Source: Candidatus Yanofskybacteria bacterium (lineage in GTDB: Bacteria > Patescibacteriota > Minisyncoccia > Minisyncoccales > UBA10102). From it: DNA of 47,188 nucleotides. Position numbers and translations under genes: made by a program. The stretch spans positions 1 to 47,188 of the forward strand of contig JAUYJF010000038.1 in assembly GCA_030688685.1 (NCBI GenBank), in the 5' to 3' direction. This document shows positions 1 through 9,718 of the stretch, piece after piece; within the stretch, counting starts at the first letter, position 1; the number at the start of each line of letters is the position of its first letter. The notes under the pieces are model-generated. The model worked only from the letters and a program-made list of their open reading frames with translations, did not search any database and was not told the origin of the DNA.

Positions 1-25
1 TTCTGTATTACACTAGGAATGCACT

Positions 26-1072
26 ATGAAAATCCTTGGCATTGAAACCTCGTGCGATGACACGGGAGCAGCCCTCTTGGAAGGAGGCAGAAATACGGCC
101 CAAATCCTTTCAAATGTGGTTGCTTCTCAGATTGAAATACACCAAAAATACGGCGGAGTGTATCCCACCTTGGCAAAACGCGAACACCAAAAGAACCTCC
201 CCCTGGTGTTTACGCAAGCCCTGGGAGAATCCAAGCCTGATGCCATTGCCATAACCTACGGCCCCGGTCTTTCCCCGTGTCTATGGCAGGGAATTACCTT
301 TGCCCAGGAAAAGGCACAAGAACTCAATATCCCGCTCATACCGGTTAATCATATGGAGGGGCACTTGCTCGCTGCTCTCCTGTTTTCAGGAAAGGACCAA
401 GAGTTTGAAACCGACATCTCTCATGAGCTTCTTCCGGCGCTCGGACTCTTGGTATCCGGGGGCCACACAGAACTCATTCTCGTTGAGAAACTTGGAGCGT
501 ATAAGATAATTGGCGAAACAAGGGACGACGCGGCAGGAGAAGCGTTTGATAAAACAGCTCGCATTCTCGGGCTTCCGTATCCTGGAGGGCCGGAGATAGC
601 AGCAAAAGCAAAAGAATCTAAACAGAATACGTTTGATATCCGGCTTCCCCGGCCCATGCTTCATACCAAGGATTTTGATTTCAGCTTTTCAGGGCTCAAA
701 ACCGCAGTACTGTACGACTATAATTCCAGAACGCCAGAGGAACGAGAATCAGCTTCCTATATACAAGAAATGGCAAAAGAGATTCAGGAAGCGATTTTAG
801 ATGTTCTCATGAAGAAAACATTCGCCGCAGCCGATGAGTACGCTATAAAGACGCTCACTATTGGAGGAGGTGTCTCCGCGAACGATGAGCTTCGAGCACG
901 ATTCCTGAAGGAAGCAGAAAACAGAGGGATCATCCTGCGCGTTCCCCCAAAGCATCTCAGTACGGATAATGGAGCGATGATAGCTCTTGCGGGATATATA
1001 AAATGGCTTCGCGGAGAATATCTCTCCTCGGATGCGCGTATTGAAGCTGAACCAAACCTCAGGTTAGAATGA
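26..1072 (+). CDS. tsaD: tRNA N6-adenosine threonylcarbamoyltransferase (TsaD/Kae1 family)
   Basis: 348-aa ORF. N-terminus MKILGIETSCDDTGAAL and the HMEGH and GGVSAN motifs are typical of TsaD. Confidence 0.9.
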   Translation: MKILGIETSCDDTGAALLEGGRNTAQILSNVVASQIEIHQKYGGVYPTLAKREHQKNLPLVFTQALGESKPDAIAITYGPGLSPCLWQGITFAQEKAQELNIPLIPVNHMEGHLLAALLFSGKDQEFETDISHELLPALGLLVSGGHTELILVEKLGAYKIIGETRDDAAGEAFDKTARILGLPYPGGPEIAAKAKESKQNTFDIRLPRPMLHTKDFDFSFSGLKTAVLYDYNSRTPEERESASYIQEMAKEIQEAILDVLMKKTFAAADEYAIKTLTIGGGVSANDELRARFLKEAENRGIILRVPPKHLSTDNGAMIALAGYIKWLRGEYLSSDARIEAEPNLRLE

Positions 1073-1081
1073 AGAATCCTC

Positions 1082-3265
1082 ATGGAACTGCCAAAACACT
1101 ATAATCCGGAAGAATCAGAAGAGAAATATTACAAACTCTGGGAGAAGAGCGGGTTTTTTAATCCTGACGTATGCAAGGAAAAGGGAGCTGCAGACCCCTC
1201 AAAGGAAGTTTTTTCTCTTGTGCTTCCCCCTCCCAACGTGACCGGAACCCTCCATATGGGACACGCTGCCATGCTTGCGATTGAAGACATTATCGTACGA
1301 TACGCGCGCATGCAGGGGCGGCCGACCCTTTGGATCCCGGGAACAGATCACGCGGCTATCGCCACGCAGTCAAAAGTGGAACGACAGCTCTACGAACAAG
1401 AGCAGAAAACCAGGCACGACCTCGGACGGGAAGAGTTCCTGAAACGGGTGCGAGAATTCGCCCAAGGCAGTCATGACACCATTATTCATCAGATCAAGAA
1501 AATGGGCGCATCCCTGGACTGGAGCCGCCAAGCATATACGTTAGATGAACAGCGGAGTTCCGCGACCTACGCGGCATTCAAGCGTATGTATGAACTTGGA
1601 CTTATCTACCGGGGAAACCGCATCGTGAATTGGTGTCCAAGATGTTCTTCCACGCTTGCAGATGACGAGGTGGAATACAAAGAAACGAACGCTGTTCTGT
1701 ACACATTCCGATACGCGAAAGATGTTCCCATTGCCATTTCCACAACACGGCCTGAAACAAAGTTTGGGGACACGGCTCTCGCGGTTCATCCGGAAGACAA
1801 ACGGTACCGGGAATATAGTGGGAAGGTCTATACCATAAACCTGGGAGCAGGAGACCAGGAGATCCGAGTAATCGCGGATGAATCAGTAGATTCCGAATTT
1901 GGCACGGGAGCTTTGGGAGTTACCCCGGCCCACAGCCAGATTGATGCTGAGATTGCCCAGCGCCACAATCTCCCTTCTCTCCAGGTTATTAATGAAAAGG
2001 GGGAAATGACAGAACGCACCGGCCCGTACGCGGGACTCCCCGTGAAAGAAGCGCGGAAGAGGTTTGTGGCGTGGCTGAAGGAGCAAGGGCTTCTTGAGCG
2101 CGAACAGCAGATTCCCCAGAACATCAGCGTGTGCTACCGATGCGGCACTCCCATTGAGCCCCTTCCTTCGCTTCAATGGTTTATTGCCGTAAACAAAGAA
2201 TTCGTATTGAAACATTCTCAGATTACGGGTATCGCTTCCGGTTCTCAAACAACCCTAAAGGAACTTATGAGAAAAGTGGTGGCACAGAAACAGATCACCA
2301 TTCTTCCTGAACAGTTTGAAAAGACCTACTTCCATTGGATAGATAATCTTCGCGACTGGTGCATCTCTCGCCAGATTTGGTTCGGGCATCAGATTCCCGT
2401 TTGGTATAAAAATGGGGAAATCTTTGTCGGAGAAAAAGCTCCGAGTCCAGAATGGCGGCGGGATCCGGATACCCTGGACACGTGGTTCTCTTCCGGCTTA
2501 TGGACGTTTTCCACGCTCGGCTGGCCAAAAGATACCGACGACCTCAAAACGTATCATCCCACTACCCTCCTTGAGACAGGGTATGATATTCTCTTTTTCT
2601 GGGTTGCCCGCATGATCTTACTGTCCGGATGCCTCCTGGGAGATATTCCGTTCAAAACGGTATACCTGCATGGTTTGGTGCGGGATGAGAAGGGAAAGAA
2701 GATGTCCAAATCTCTTGGAAACGTCATTGACCCTCTGGACATGATCTCAAAATACGGCGCTGACGCCACCCGCCTCTCCCTTATTGTGGGGGTGGCCCCG
2801 GGATCAGACAGCAAGCTCTCAGAAAACAAGGTGAGAGGATACAAATACTTCACCAACAAACTATGGAATATCTCCCGCTTTGTGCTTATGCAAACTGAGG
2901 ACTATGATCCCAAAGCTACCCCGCAACTTTCTCGGGAGGACGAAAAGATTCTCCAGGAGTTTCGTGCCATGGCGCAAGAAGTAACCAGACACATTGAAGG
3001 GTATCGCTTTTATCTTGCCGCTGATTCTCTGTATCAATATCTCTGGCATACCTTTGCCGACAAGGTGCTGGAGGACTCAAAGCCCCTCCTGAAGGACTCG
3101 GCCACAAGAGCCGCGCGGCAGTACGTACTTGTAAGCATTCTCGCTGATTCTGTGAAACTCCTCCACCCCTTTACTCCGTTTGTTACAGAAGCAATCTACC
3201 AAAACCTCCCCCTCGCAGAGAAGAAAGAAACCATCATGATCGAGCCCTGGCCCGTCAGCATATGA
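1082..3265 (+). CDS. valS: valine--tRNA ligase (short form, 727 aa)
   Basis: Class I aaRS motifs PPPNVTGTLHMGHA and KMSKS, plus a ValRS-like editing/CP1 region. The ORF ends soon after the anticodon-binding domain, so a long C-terminal coiled coil appears absent. Confidence 0.9.
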   Translation: MELPKHYNPEESEEKYYKLWEKSGFFNPDVCKEKGAADPSKEVFSLVLPPPNVTGTLHMGHAAMLAIEDIIVRYARMQGRPTLWIPGTDHAAIATQSKVERQLYEQEQKTRHDLGREEFLKRVREFAQGSHDTIIHQIKKMGASLDWSRQAYTLDEQRSSATYAAFKRMYELGLIYRGNRIVNWCPRCSSTLADDEVEYKETNAVLYTFRYAKDVPIAISTTRPETKFGDTALAVHPEDKRYREYSGKVYTINLGAGDQEIRVIADESVDSEFGTGALGVTPAHSQIDAEIAQRHNLPSLQVINEKGEMTERTGPYAGLPVKEARKRFVAWLKEQGLLEREQQIPQNISVCYRCGTPIEPLPSLQWFIAVNKEFVLKHSQITGIASGSQTTLKELMRKVVAQKQITILPEQFEKTYFHWIDNLRDWCISRQIWFGHQIPVWYKNGEIFVGEKAPSPEWRRDPDTLDTWFSSGLWTFSTLGWPKDTDDLKTYHPTTLLETGYDILFFWVARMILLSGCLLGDIPFKTVYLHGLVRDEKGKKMSKSLGNVIDPLDMISKYGADATRLSLIVGVAPGSDSKLSENKVRGYKYFTNKLWNISRFVLMQTEDYDPKATPQLSREDEKILQEFRAMAQEVTRHIEGYRFYLAADSLYQYLWHTFADKVLEDSKPLLKDSATRAARQYVLVSILADSVKLLHPFTPFVTEAIYQNLPLAEKKETIMIEPWPVSI

Positions 3266-3963
3266 ACTTCCTGCTTTTCCTCTTCTTTGGGATAGCTCCC
3301 AGTATTATCTGGCTGCTGTTTTACCTCAGAGAAGACGTTCATCCAGAACCCAAGTGGATGATCCGCAAGGTGTTCCTCTGGGGAATGCTCGCGACCATTC
3401 CCGTCATTTTTATTGAGATGGGTTTGCGAGGCGCGATTCACTCCGTGCTTCCTTCTCCCTACGCCTTCTACGTCTACATGTTCTTGGGAGTCGCCCTGAT
3501 AGAAGAGCTGGCCAAGTACGCGGTAGTGCGCTTGCGCGTATATAAAACCTCCGCCATTGATGAGCCGCCCGATGTTATGATCTACATGATTGTCGCGGGG
3601 CTTGGTTTTGCCGCGTTAGAAAACGTGCTCATGCTCTTTGGGTTAGGTCCCCTTGCCGCTCTTTCTGATATTCTCCTTATTACTCTTCTGCGATTCGCGG
3701 GAGCAACATTTCTTCATGCTCTTGTGTCAGGACTCTTTGGATACTTTATTGCCATCTCCTGGTATAATAAAAAATACAAGGCGCTGGTAAGTATAACCGG
3801 CTTGGTCATTGCTGTTTTCTTGCACGGTTTGTTTAACTTCTCTATAATGGAAGTACAAGGTCTCGCGAAAGTAGGTATTCCCGTAATTATTTTATTTACG
3901 CTTGCGGTTTCTGTAGTGCTGGGATTCTGGCATCTCAGAAAACTGAAAAGCGTACAACGCTAA
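3262..3963 (+). CDS. PrsW-family intramembrane protease (putative)
   Basis: 233-aa polytopic membrane protein with EELAKY, FLHALVSG and HGLFN motifs resembling PrsW proteases. Its start overlaps the valS stop by 4 nt. Confidence 0.65.
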   Translation: MNFLLFLFFGIAPSIIWLLFYLREDVHPEPKWMIRKVFLWGMLATIPVIFIEMGLRGAIHSVLPSPYAFYVYMFLGVALIEELAKYAVVRLRVYKTSAIDEPPDVMIYMIVAGLGFAALENVLMLFGLGPLAALSDILLITLLRFAGATFLHALVSGLFGYFIAISWYNKKYKALVSITGLVIAVFLHGLFNFSIMEVQGLAKVGIPVIILFTLAVSVVLGFWHLRKLKSVQR

Positions 3964-3967
3964 AGCT

Positions 3968-4504
3968 ATGTCATTTTTTCAAAAGATACGAGGAGGTGTG
4001 GGAATTGATGAGGAGTTGGAAACTCCTGTCGATGAGGCGGAAGAATCCACTGTTCTAAAACACGAAAGGCCAACAAAGGAAGCAAAGAAAATTCTCGTCA
4101 AGAAACGAGTGGAGAAAAACGAGACTGAAGTCCCCGCAGCAACAGAAGAAAAGGAAACGGACAATTGGTTTGAACCGGAAGGGGAACTTGCCGTGGACGT
4201 GTACCAGACGGGAAACGAAATCGTTATCCAGTCCACCATTGCCGGACTGAAAGCTGACAACCTGGACATCTCCATTGAAAACGACATTGTGACCATTCTG
4301 GGAGAACGGCAAAACTCTCTTGAACACGAAGAAAAAGATTATTTCATTCAGGAATGCTACTGGGGAGCTTTTTCCCGGCAGATTATTCTCCCAGAGGAAG
4401 TGGACGCGCAAAACGCGGAGGCGTCAATCAAGGATGGGGTTCTCATTATCCGTCTCCCAAAGTTTGAGCGCGTAAAAGTAAAGAAAATACGAATAAAGGG
4501 ATAA
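3968..4504 (+). CDS. Hsp20/alpha-crystallin family small heat-shock protein
   Basis: C-terminal alpha-crystallin domain (AVDVYQT..IVIQSTIAGL..GAFSRQIILPEEVD..ASIKDGVLIIRLPK) preceded by an acidic low-complexity N-terminus. Confidence 0.85.
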   Translation: MSFFQKIRGGVGIDEELETPVDEAEESTVLKHERPTKEAKKILVKKRVEKNETEVPAATEEKETDNWFEPEGELAVDVYQTGNEIVIQSTIAGLKADNLDISIENDIVTILGERQNSLEHEEKDYFIQECYWGAFSRQIILPEEVDAQNAEASIKDGVLIIRLPKFERVKVKKIRIKG

Positions 4505-4519
4505 AGTAGTAAGTGAACG

Positions 4520-4551
4520 AAAGCCGGGCATCTCTGTCCGGCTTTTCTTTT
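4520..4551 (+). terminator. rho-independent terminator after the hsp20-like gene
   Basis: Stem aagccgg (4521-4527) pairs with ccggctt (4537-4543) and is followed by a T-run (ttttctttt). Confidence 0.6.
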
Positions 4552-4579
4552 GCCTAAACCTGGTTTAGTTTTCCACAGG

Positions 4580-4661
4580 TGCGCCTGGCAGGAGTTGAAC
4601 CTGCACGGGTTGCCCCACTGGCTCCTAAGGCCAGCGCGTCTGCCAGTTCCGCCACAGGCGC
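4580..4661 (-). tRNA. tRNA-Leu(UAG)
   Basis: Manual cloverleaf: acceptor GCGCCTG/CAGGCGC, anticodon loop CTTAGGA, long variable arm, T-loop TTCAACT. No encoded CCA. Confidence 0.85.
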
Positions 4662-4723
4662 CCACTTTCGCGATTAGATTTTATCAAAAAACAGGGAAGA
4701 AATAAAGGGAGTGCCCCGGATAC

Positions 4724-4751
4724 AAAACAACCCTTTGCTCAGGGTTGTTTT
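4724..4751 (-). terminator. hairpin terminator downstream of the small pilin-like gene (bidirectional shape)
   Basis: aaaacaaccct (4724-4734) pairs with agggttgtttt (4741-4751). T-runs are present on both strands. Confidence 0.5.
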
Positions 4752-4767
4752 GCTACTGTTACTTCTC

Positions 4768-5145
4768 TTAATTTATACCAAGGATAGCTTTTAGAAGCGG
4801 CTCTACGCCTCGCGAGAGAAGCGCAATCGCAATACCTACTACTGCCCACATGAGCTTGCCTCGCGCTTCAGCTGCCTTTTCGGGGCCTTGGAGAAATTGG
4901 AACGCAGCGAGGACAATCATGATCACAGAAACAATCAGAAAGATCGCGAAAACAAAATTCAAAGCTGTCCCAACAAGTCCCACAATGTAGTTTAGATTGA
5001 AGTCAGTTGGAGGAGATGGCGGTGCTGTTGGGCCCGTTGGTATATTCTGCCCAAGCGCAACGACTGGAACAGCAACCATGGCAAGACCAAAAATGAACAC
5101 GAAGCTTAATGCAGCAATTTTTTTCATACGTGTTGTGTGTTTCAT
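4768..5145 (-). CDS. small secreted VirB2/TrbC-like (T4SS-pilin-like) membrane protein
   Basis: Signal peptide MKKIAALSFVFIFGLAMVAVPVVALG, Pro-rich linker, then two TM helices separated by the loop FLQGPEKAAEARGKL. I trimmed the track ORF (to 5223) to the ATG at 5145; an alternative ATG is at 5127. Upstream codons overlap the preceding gene. Confidence 0.6.
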   Translation of the reverse strand: MKHTTRMKKIAALSFVFIFGLAMVAVPVVALGQNIPTGPTAPPSPPTDFNLNYIVGLVGTALNFVFAIFLIVSVIMIVLAAFQFLQGPEKAAEARGKLMWAVVGIAIALLSRGVEPLLKAILGIN

Positions 5146-5155
5146 AAACGACCTT

Positions 5156-6502
5156 TTATGTTCCAAGAATATTCTGGAGTAGGGCAACAAGCCCTCCTGA
5201 CAATAGTATAATCGTAAATCCAATAACCGTCCACAAGAGAATGTTTTTTGCTTGCTTAATCTTATCAGGATTGCCGCCCCCCGTCACAAATAAGAAGCCC
5301 GCGAGTACCACCATGAGAGGAACGAGAGCTGAGGCAATCATGAAAATAAACCCGAGGATGTTATCAATGAGATCGGTAAAGCTGTCTGCCTGGAGCGGAT
5401 TGCAAATTTTGATTCCGCCCCCTTCCGGCTGTGGGCAATCAAAGAATCCTCCTGTGCCAGTAGTAGGAGCAGATGAGGAAGATGCACGCACTGTTGTATA
5501 ATTAGAATCAGATACGCCTCCGCGAGTTCCACTAACCGTAACCGTATAACCTCCTGCCGTAGGATAATTGCATGTACGAGCAAATGTGTGCTCTGTGCCT
5601 CCAACAACGTTTTCTGTGGCATCAAATGTCCCCGATCCCTGGCATCTCAATTTCAACTCGACAGTTCCACTCCCTCCTGAATATTCAGCAGTAATGCGGA
5701 CATTATTGAGAGGCGCAGCCCCTTCGGTTGGGTTTACTGCAACGCTCGAAATCCTAAAAGGACTCTCACTTTCTCTTACGCCAGACCCATCTCCAGTTAC
5801 ATTTACAGCAATAGGATTTCCTGCATTATTCCCAAAAGTAATGACAGCGTCCGTAGGGCCTGCTCTTTGAGGGCTAAACTTAATCGTAATGTTTTGTTGT
5901 GACCCAGGGCCTAGGGAATAGTTGCATTGTCCACTACACCCAAATGCTGGGTCAGAAGACGAAACATTTCCAAACAACGATGGCCCTCCGCTCGCAGTGT
6001 TCTGAACTGTAAACACAAGGTTCTTCCACCCGCCAACGGCTACCGTTTCTGGAGGTTCCGTAAATTTGACGGCGGGAGGAGACGCGGGAGTTACATATAG
6101 ACGCGGCGTCGGAGGAGGAGCTGCTACCACCGTAAAGCTTCTTATCGGACGTGTATCAGCAAAATGACCCGGACCAGCCTGAGCTATAGCGTAATATTCA
6201 ATAGTGGTTCCTTCGGGCCAAGGTCCTCTTGTAACACACGGGAGTTCACTTTGACTGAGCGAACAAGATGTTTCATCACTAAATCTCTCCCCCGATCCAG
6301 GGGGTTTGATGTAAATAACTAAACTTGTAAGATTTGGATTAGTGTGTGAGGCACTCGTAAAAAAATCAACTGTTTGCTCGCTGTTCGGAGAGATTGGACT
6401 ATGAAAAACAGAGACATTTGGTTCATGCGCGTAAGTTGCAAGGGGAACAAAAAATAAAACAGCAAAAAAGCTAAAAAATAGAAAGGTTGCTTTGGACTGC
6501 AT
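5156..6502 (-). CDS. large secreted surface protein with C-terminal VirB2/TrbC-like two-TM module
   Basis: The track ORF starts at a TTG (6520). The ATG at 6502 gives a classical signal peptide (MQSKATFLFFSFFAVLFFVPLATYA). The ectodomain is Thr/Ser/Gly/Pro-rich and beta-sandwich-like with paired Cys. The C-terminus LAGFLFVTGGGNPDKIKQAKNILLWTVIGFTIILL matches the module of 4768-5145 and 46659-47081. Confidence 0.7.
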   Translation of the reverse strand: MQSKATFLFFSFFAVLFFVPLATYAHEPNVSVFHSPISPNSEQTVDFFTSASHTNPNLTSLVIYIKPPGSGERFSDETSCSLSQSELPCVTRGPWPEGTTIEYYAIAQAGPGHFADTRPIRSFTVVAAPPPTPRLYVTPASPPAVKFTEPPETVAVGGWKNLVFTVQNTASGGPSLFGNVSSSDPAFGCSGQCNYSLGPGSQQNITIKFSPQRAGPTDAVITFGNNAGNPIAVNVTGDGSGVRESESPFRISSVAVNPTEGAAPLNNVRITAEYSGGSGTVELKLRCQGSGTFDATENVVGGTEHTFARTCNYPTAGGYTVTVSGTRGGVSDSNYTTVRASSSSAPTTGTGGFFDCPQPEGGGIKICNPLQADSFTDLIDNILGFIFMIASALVPLMVVLAGFLFVTGGGNPDKIKQAKNILLWTVIGFTIILLSGGLVALLQNILGT

Positions 6503-6508
6503 TAGGGT

Positions 6509-6536
6509 ATTATAGCGCAATGAAGAAATCAGGCAA
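6509..6536 (-). promoter_or_regulatory. sigma70-like promoter, apparently giving a leaderless mRNA
   Basis: On the minus strand: TTGCCT (6531-6536), 16-nt spacer, TATAAT (6509-6514). Only 6 nt separate the -10 box from the ATG at 6502. Confidence 0.5.
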
Positions 6537-6541
6537 TCACT

Positions 6542-9007
6542 TTATACACAAGCCGCGGAAATTACCTTGTCTTTTTCATCCAGGCGCATAATGCGCACCC
6601 CCTGGGTGGAACGTCCAAGTGTGGACACGGATTTGAGTTCCGTGCGAATAACCGTGCCTTTGCGGGATATCACAATCAGTTCCTCCTCTTCACCGGACAG
6701 CACCTTGCCGTACACAATATCTCCCGTCTTTGGCGTTACGTTCATTGCCTTAATGCCAGACCCCCCTCTTCCCTGCAAGCGATACTCCTTGAGTTCCGTC
6801 TTTTTCCCGTACCCGTTCTCAGTCAGCACGAGCACGAGAGGATTCTGCTCGTTTGAAGAAGAAACCACGTCAATGGAAACCACCTCGTCTCCCTTCTTGA
6901 GGCGAAGGCCGTGCACACCCGCAGCCCCTCTTCCCATGGCCCTGACTTCTGACTCCTTAAAACGTACAGACTGCCCCTTTTTCGTAAGGAGAACAACCTC
7001 ATCTTCTCCTGTTGTTTTTCGCACTCCCCTGAGTTCGTCTCCCTTTTTCAGGGTTAGAGCAATGAGCCCCGATCTCCTGACATTCTTGAACTCGTCCAGA
7101 GGAGTTTTCTTAATGATCCCATCCTTGGTCACCATAATCAGGTGTTTTACGCCAGCGTCCTCTTCCTTCTTTCCCAGAGCCATCATGGAGAGCACCTTAT
7201 CGGTGGCTGCCATTTCAAAGAAATTCAAGAGCCCGCGCCCTTTGCCCACGCGGCTTCCTTCCGGGATTTCATACATGGGAGTTCGGAATACTTTCCCAGA
7301 ATCGGTGAACATCATGAGGTAATCATGAGTTTGGCCAAACAGAAAATGCTCCACGATATCGTCTGCCGTTGTCTTCATGCCCATGAGCCCCCGTCCCCCG
7401 CGCTTCTGGAGCCGGTACATGTCGGGATTCACGCGCTTAATGTATCCTCCCTGCGTTAGCATGATCACCGTGTCTTCCTGGGGGATGAGGTCTTCTTCCG
7501 CGATTTCTCCCACCCCTTGCACTTGTACTTTGGTTTTCCGTTCGTCCCCAAACGCCTCCTTTGCGGCAAGCAGTTCTTTTTTGACAACCTCATCTATTTT
7601 CTTAGGGGAAGCTAAGATCGCGGAAAGCTCCTTGATTTTTGCCCGGATCTCTTTCAGTTCATCTTCAATCTTTGTCCGCTCCAGCTTGGAGAGCTGGGCC
7701 AGACGCATATCTAAAATGGCATTCGTTTGCATTTCCGTAAGACGGAAACGGGCCATGAGCTTTTTCTGGGCTTCTGGCCTGTCCTGTGACCCCCGGATAA
7801 TCTTAATTACCTCGTCAATATTGGTGAGACACTTCTGGAGCCCTTCCAGGATATGCTCCCGTTCCTTTGCCCGATCCAGATCATACTGCGTGCGGCGCAC
7901 AATTACAACTCTTCGGTGCGCCAAAAAATACACAAGCACTTCCGCCAACGAAAGGACACGGGGTTGAATGCCGTCCACCAGGGCAATCATGTTCAGGTGA
8001 TAGGTTTTCTGGAGATCTGAGAATTTATAGAGACGGTTCAAGATCTTCTGCGGATACGCTTCCTTGTGGAGATCAAACACGATTCGCAATCCGTCCTTAT
8101 CTGATTCGTCCCGAATGTCGCGAATGCCCTCTATTTTCTTTTCCTGCACCAGATTGGCAAACTGCTCCACCAGGGAAGATTTGTTTACCTGATAAGGAAT
8201 CTGCGTAATGATGATCTGCGTGCGCTTGGGAGTTTCTTCCACGTCTGCCTTTCCGCGCATCACAATAGGCCCTCTGCCCTGAGAGTATGCTTCAATGATT
8301 TCTCTCCTGTTGTATATGGTGCCGGCTGTAGGAAAGTCCGGCCCCTTGATGAACTGAAAGAGATCTTCTGTTGTGGTCTTCGGGTTCTCAATAAGATACG
8401 TCAAAGCGTCCACAATCTCTGAAAGATTATGGGGAGGAATATTGGTTGCCATTCCCACGGCGATCCCCAAGCTTCCGTTTAAGAGGAGCTGAGGAAGGGG
8501 GGCGGGGAGAACCGAGGGCTCCTTTCTTGTACCATCGTAGTTTTCAATAAAATCAACGGTGTTCTTCCCAATGTCGCGGAGCATTTCTTCTCCCACGCGA
8601 GAGAGGCGGGCTTCCGTGTAGCGCATAGCAGCGGCAGAGTCCCCATCTATAGAACCCATATTTCCGTGCCCTTCCACGAGCATGTACCGCATGATCCAGC
8701 TCTGGGCCATGCGAACCATAGCCTCATACACGGCGCTGTCCCCGTGCGGATGGTATCGCCCGAGCGTGGATCCAACCACGGTAGCGGATTTCCTGAACTT
8801 TGCGGCATGCGTTAAGCCGTCCTCGTACATGGCGTAGAGAATTCTCCTCTGGACCGGCTTTAATCCGTCCCGCACGTCAGGGAGCGCGCGGGCAACAATA
8901 ACAGACATGGCATAGTCCAAATAGGAGGTCCCCATTTCCTCCACAATTTCCCTGGATTCAACGGAACCCAGAGCGAACTTCTGCTGATCTGGATCTTTTT
9001 CTGCCAT
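6542..9007 (-). CDS. gyrA: DNA gyrase subunit A
   Basis: 821 aa with [12 protein letters not shown], the active-site Tyr region [11 protein letters not shown], and C-terminal beta-pinwheel repeats. Confidence 0.95.
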   Translation of the reverse strand: MAEKDPDQQKFALGSVESREIVEEMGTSYLDYAMSVIVARALPDVRDGLKPVQRRILYAMYEDGLTHAAKFRKSATVVGSTLGRYHPHGDSAVYEAMVRMAQSWIMRYMLVEGHGNMGSIDGDSAAAMRYTEARLSRVGEEMLRDIGKNTVDFIENYDGTRKEPSVLPAPLPQLLLNGSLGIAVGMATNIPPHNLSEIVDALTYLIENPKTTTEDLFQFIKGPDFPTAGTIYNRREIIEAYSQGRGPIVMRGKADVEETPKRTQIIITQIPYQVNKSSLVEQFANLVQEKKIEGIRDIRDESDKDGLRIVFDLHKEAYPQKILNRLYKFSDLQKTYHLNMIALVDGIQPRVLSLAEVLVYFLAHRRVVIVRRTQYDLDRAKEREHILEGLQKCLTNIDEVIKIIRGSQDRPEAQKKLMARFRLTEMQTNAILDMRLAQLSKLERTKIEDELKEIRAKIKELSAILASPKKIDEVVKKELLAAKEAFGDERKTKVQVQGVGEIAEEDLIPQEDTVIMLTQGGYIKRVNPDMYRLQKRGGRGLMGMKTTADDIVEHFLFGQTHDYLMMFTDSGKVFRTPMYEIPEGSRVGKGRGLLNFFEMAATDKVLSMMALGKKEEDAGVKHLIMVTKDGIIKKTPLDEFKNVRRSGLIALTLKKGDELRGVRKTTGEDEVVLLTKKGQSVRFKESEVRAMGRGAAGVHGLRLKKGDEVVSIDVVSSSNEQNPLVLVLTENGYGKKTELKEYRLQGRGGSGIKAMNVTPKTGDIVYGKVLSGEEEELIVISRKGTVIRTELKSVSTLGRSTQGVRIMRLDEKDKVISAACV

Positions 9008-9011
9008 ATGT

Positions 9012-9635
9012 CTAGGAGGGCTTGAGAACGATAAGCTTCATCTCCTCTTCTCCTTCAACGTCCTTTTGTTTCAGAATAACCTTTTGCTGCGGCTCTCCTT
9101 CCTTTACTCCCATGGTTTTGAGGAATTGCTCAACCGTGCCCAGTTTTTCCTTAAGCCCTGGGATCGCGTATCGCATGGGGATCACCACGGCAGGTTCCAG
9201 CTGACTTACCATACGGGCTGCCTCCTGCGCGTCAATCGTGTCTCCCCCTCCCACGGGAATAAACAGTACGTGAACTGTTCCTATTTTCTCAATTTGCCCT
9301 GACGTAAGCTCCTGCTGTTGGATTGCCCCCAAGTGGCATACTTTCATCCCTTCAGCTTCCATCGTGTAGATGACATTTCCGTTTGTTTCCCCGATACCCT
9401 GAATAAATATGTCTTTCACCTCGTATTCGCCGGGGGTAGAAAATAGAATGGGCGTTCCTTTTACTCCTTTTGTCTCAGGTTTTCCGTGAGTAACCAAAAG
9501 AATATCCGCCTCTTGCGGCGAAAGCTTTATGCCAGTTGACTCTCCAAAGGGATCAATGAGAATTTTTACCTGCTCCTGTTTTCCCCGGGATAAGGAAAGC
9601 GAAATACATGTTTGTCCCTTCCATAGAATCTGCAT
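9012..9635 (-). CDS. MBL-fold metallo-hydrolase-like protein (degenerate metal motif)
   Basis: Beta-lactamase-fold-like pattern ([26 protein letters not shown]). I trimmed the start to the ATG at 9635 (MQILWKGQ) because the upstream extension runs into the divergent rpsA promoter. The stop lies 4 nt before the gyrA start. Confidence 0.55.
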   Translation of the reverse strand: MQILWKGQTCISLSLSRGKQEQVKILIDPFGESTGIKLSPQEADILLVTHGKPETKGVKGTPILFSTPGEYEVKDIFIQGIGETNGNVIYTMEAEGMKVCHLGAIQQQELTSGQIEKIGTVHVLFIPVGGGDTIDAQEAARMVSQLEPAVVIPMRYAIPGLKEKLGTVEQFLKTMGVKEGEPQQKVILKQKDVEGEEEMKLIVLKPS

Positions 9636-9687
9636 ATTGAACAAGTGTATCACACGCGCGTGAGAAAATCCATGGGCTTCTGGGCCT

Positions 9688-9716
9688 TTGACACCCGAGG
9701 AAGTTCTGTGTATATT
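9688..9716 (+). promoter_or_regulatory. sigma70-like promoter of the S1 gene
   Basis: TTGACA (9688-9693), 17-nt spacer, TATATT (9711-9716). The -10 box ends 2 nt before the ATG at 9719 and 8 nt before the ATG at 9725, so the second ATG may be the real, near-leaderless start. Confidence 0.6.
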
Positions 9717-9718
9717 GG

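Noticed and set aside
6567-7967. Long plus-strand ORFs (6567-7322, 7142-7459, 7377-7967) inside the gyrA region.
   Set aside because: They are antisense to a full-length, motif-rich gyrA. Their translations are Ser/Pro/Arg-rich low-complexity sequences typical of the reverse frame of a GC-balanced gene.
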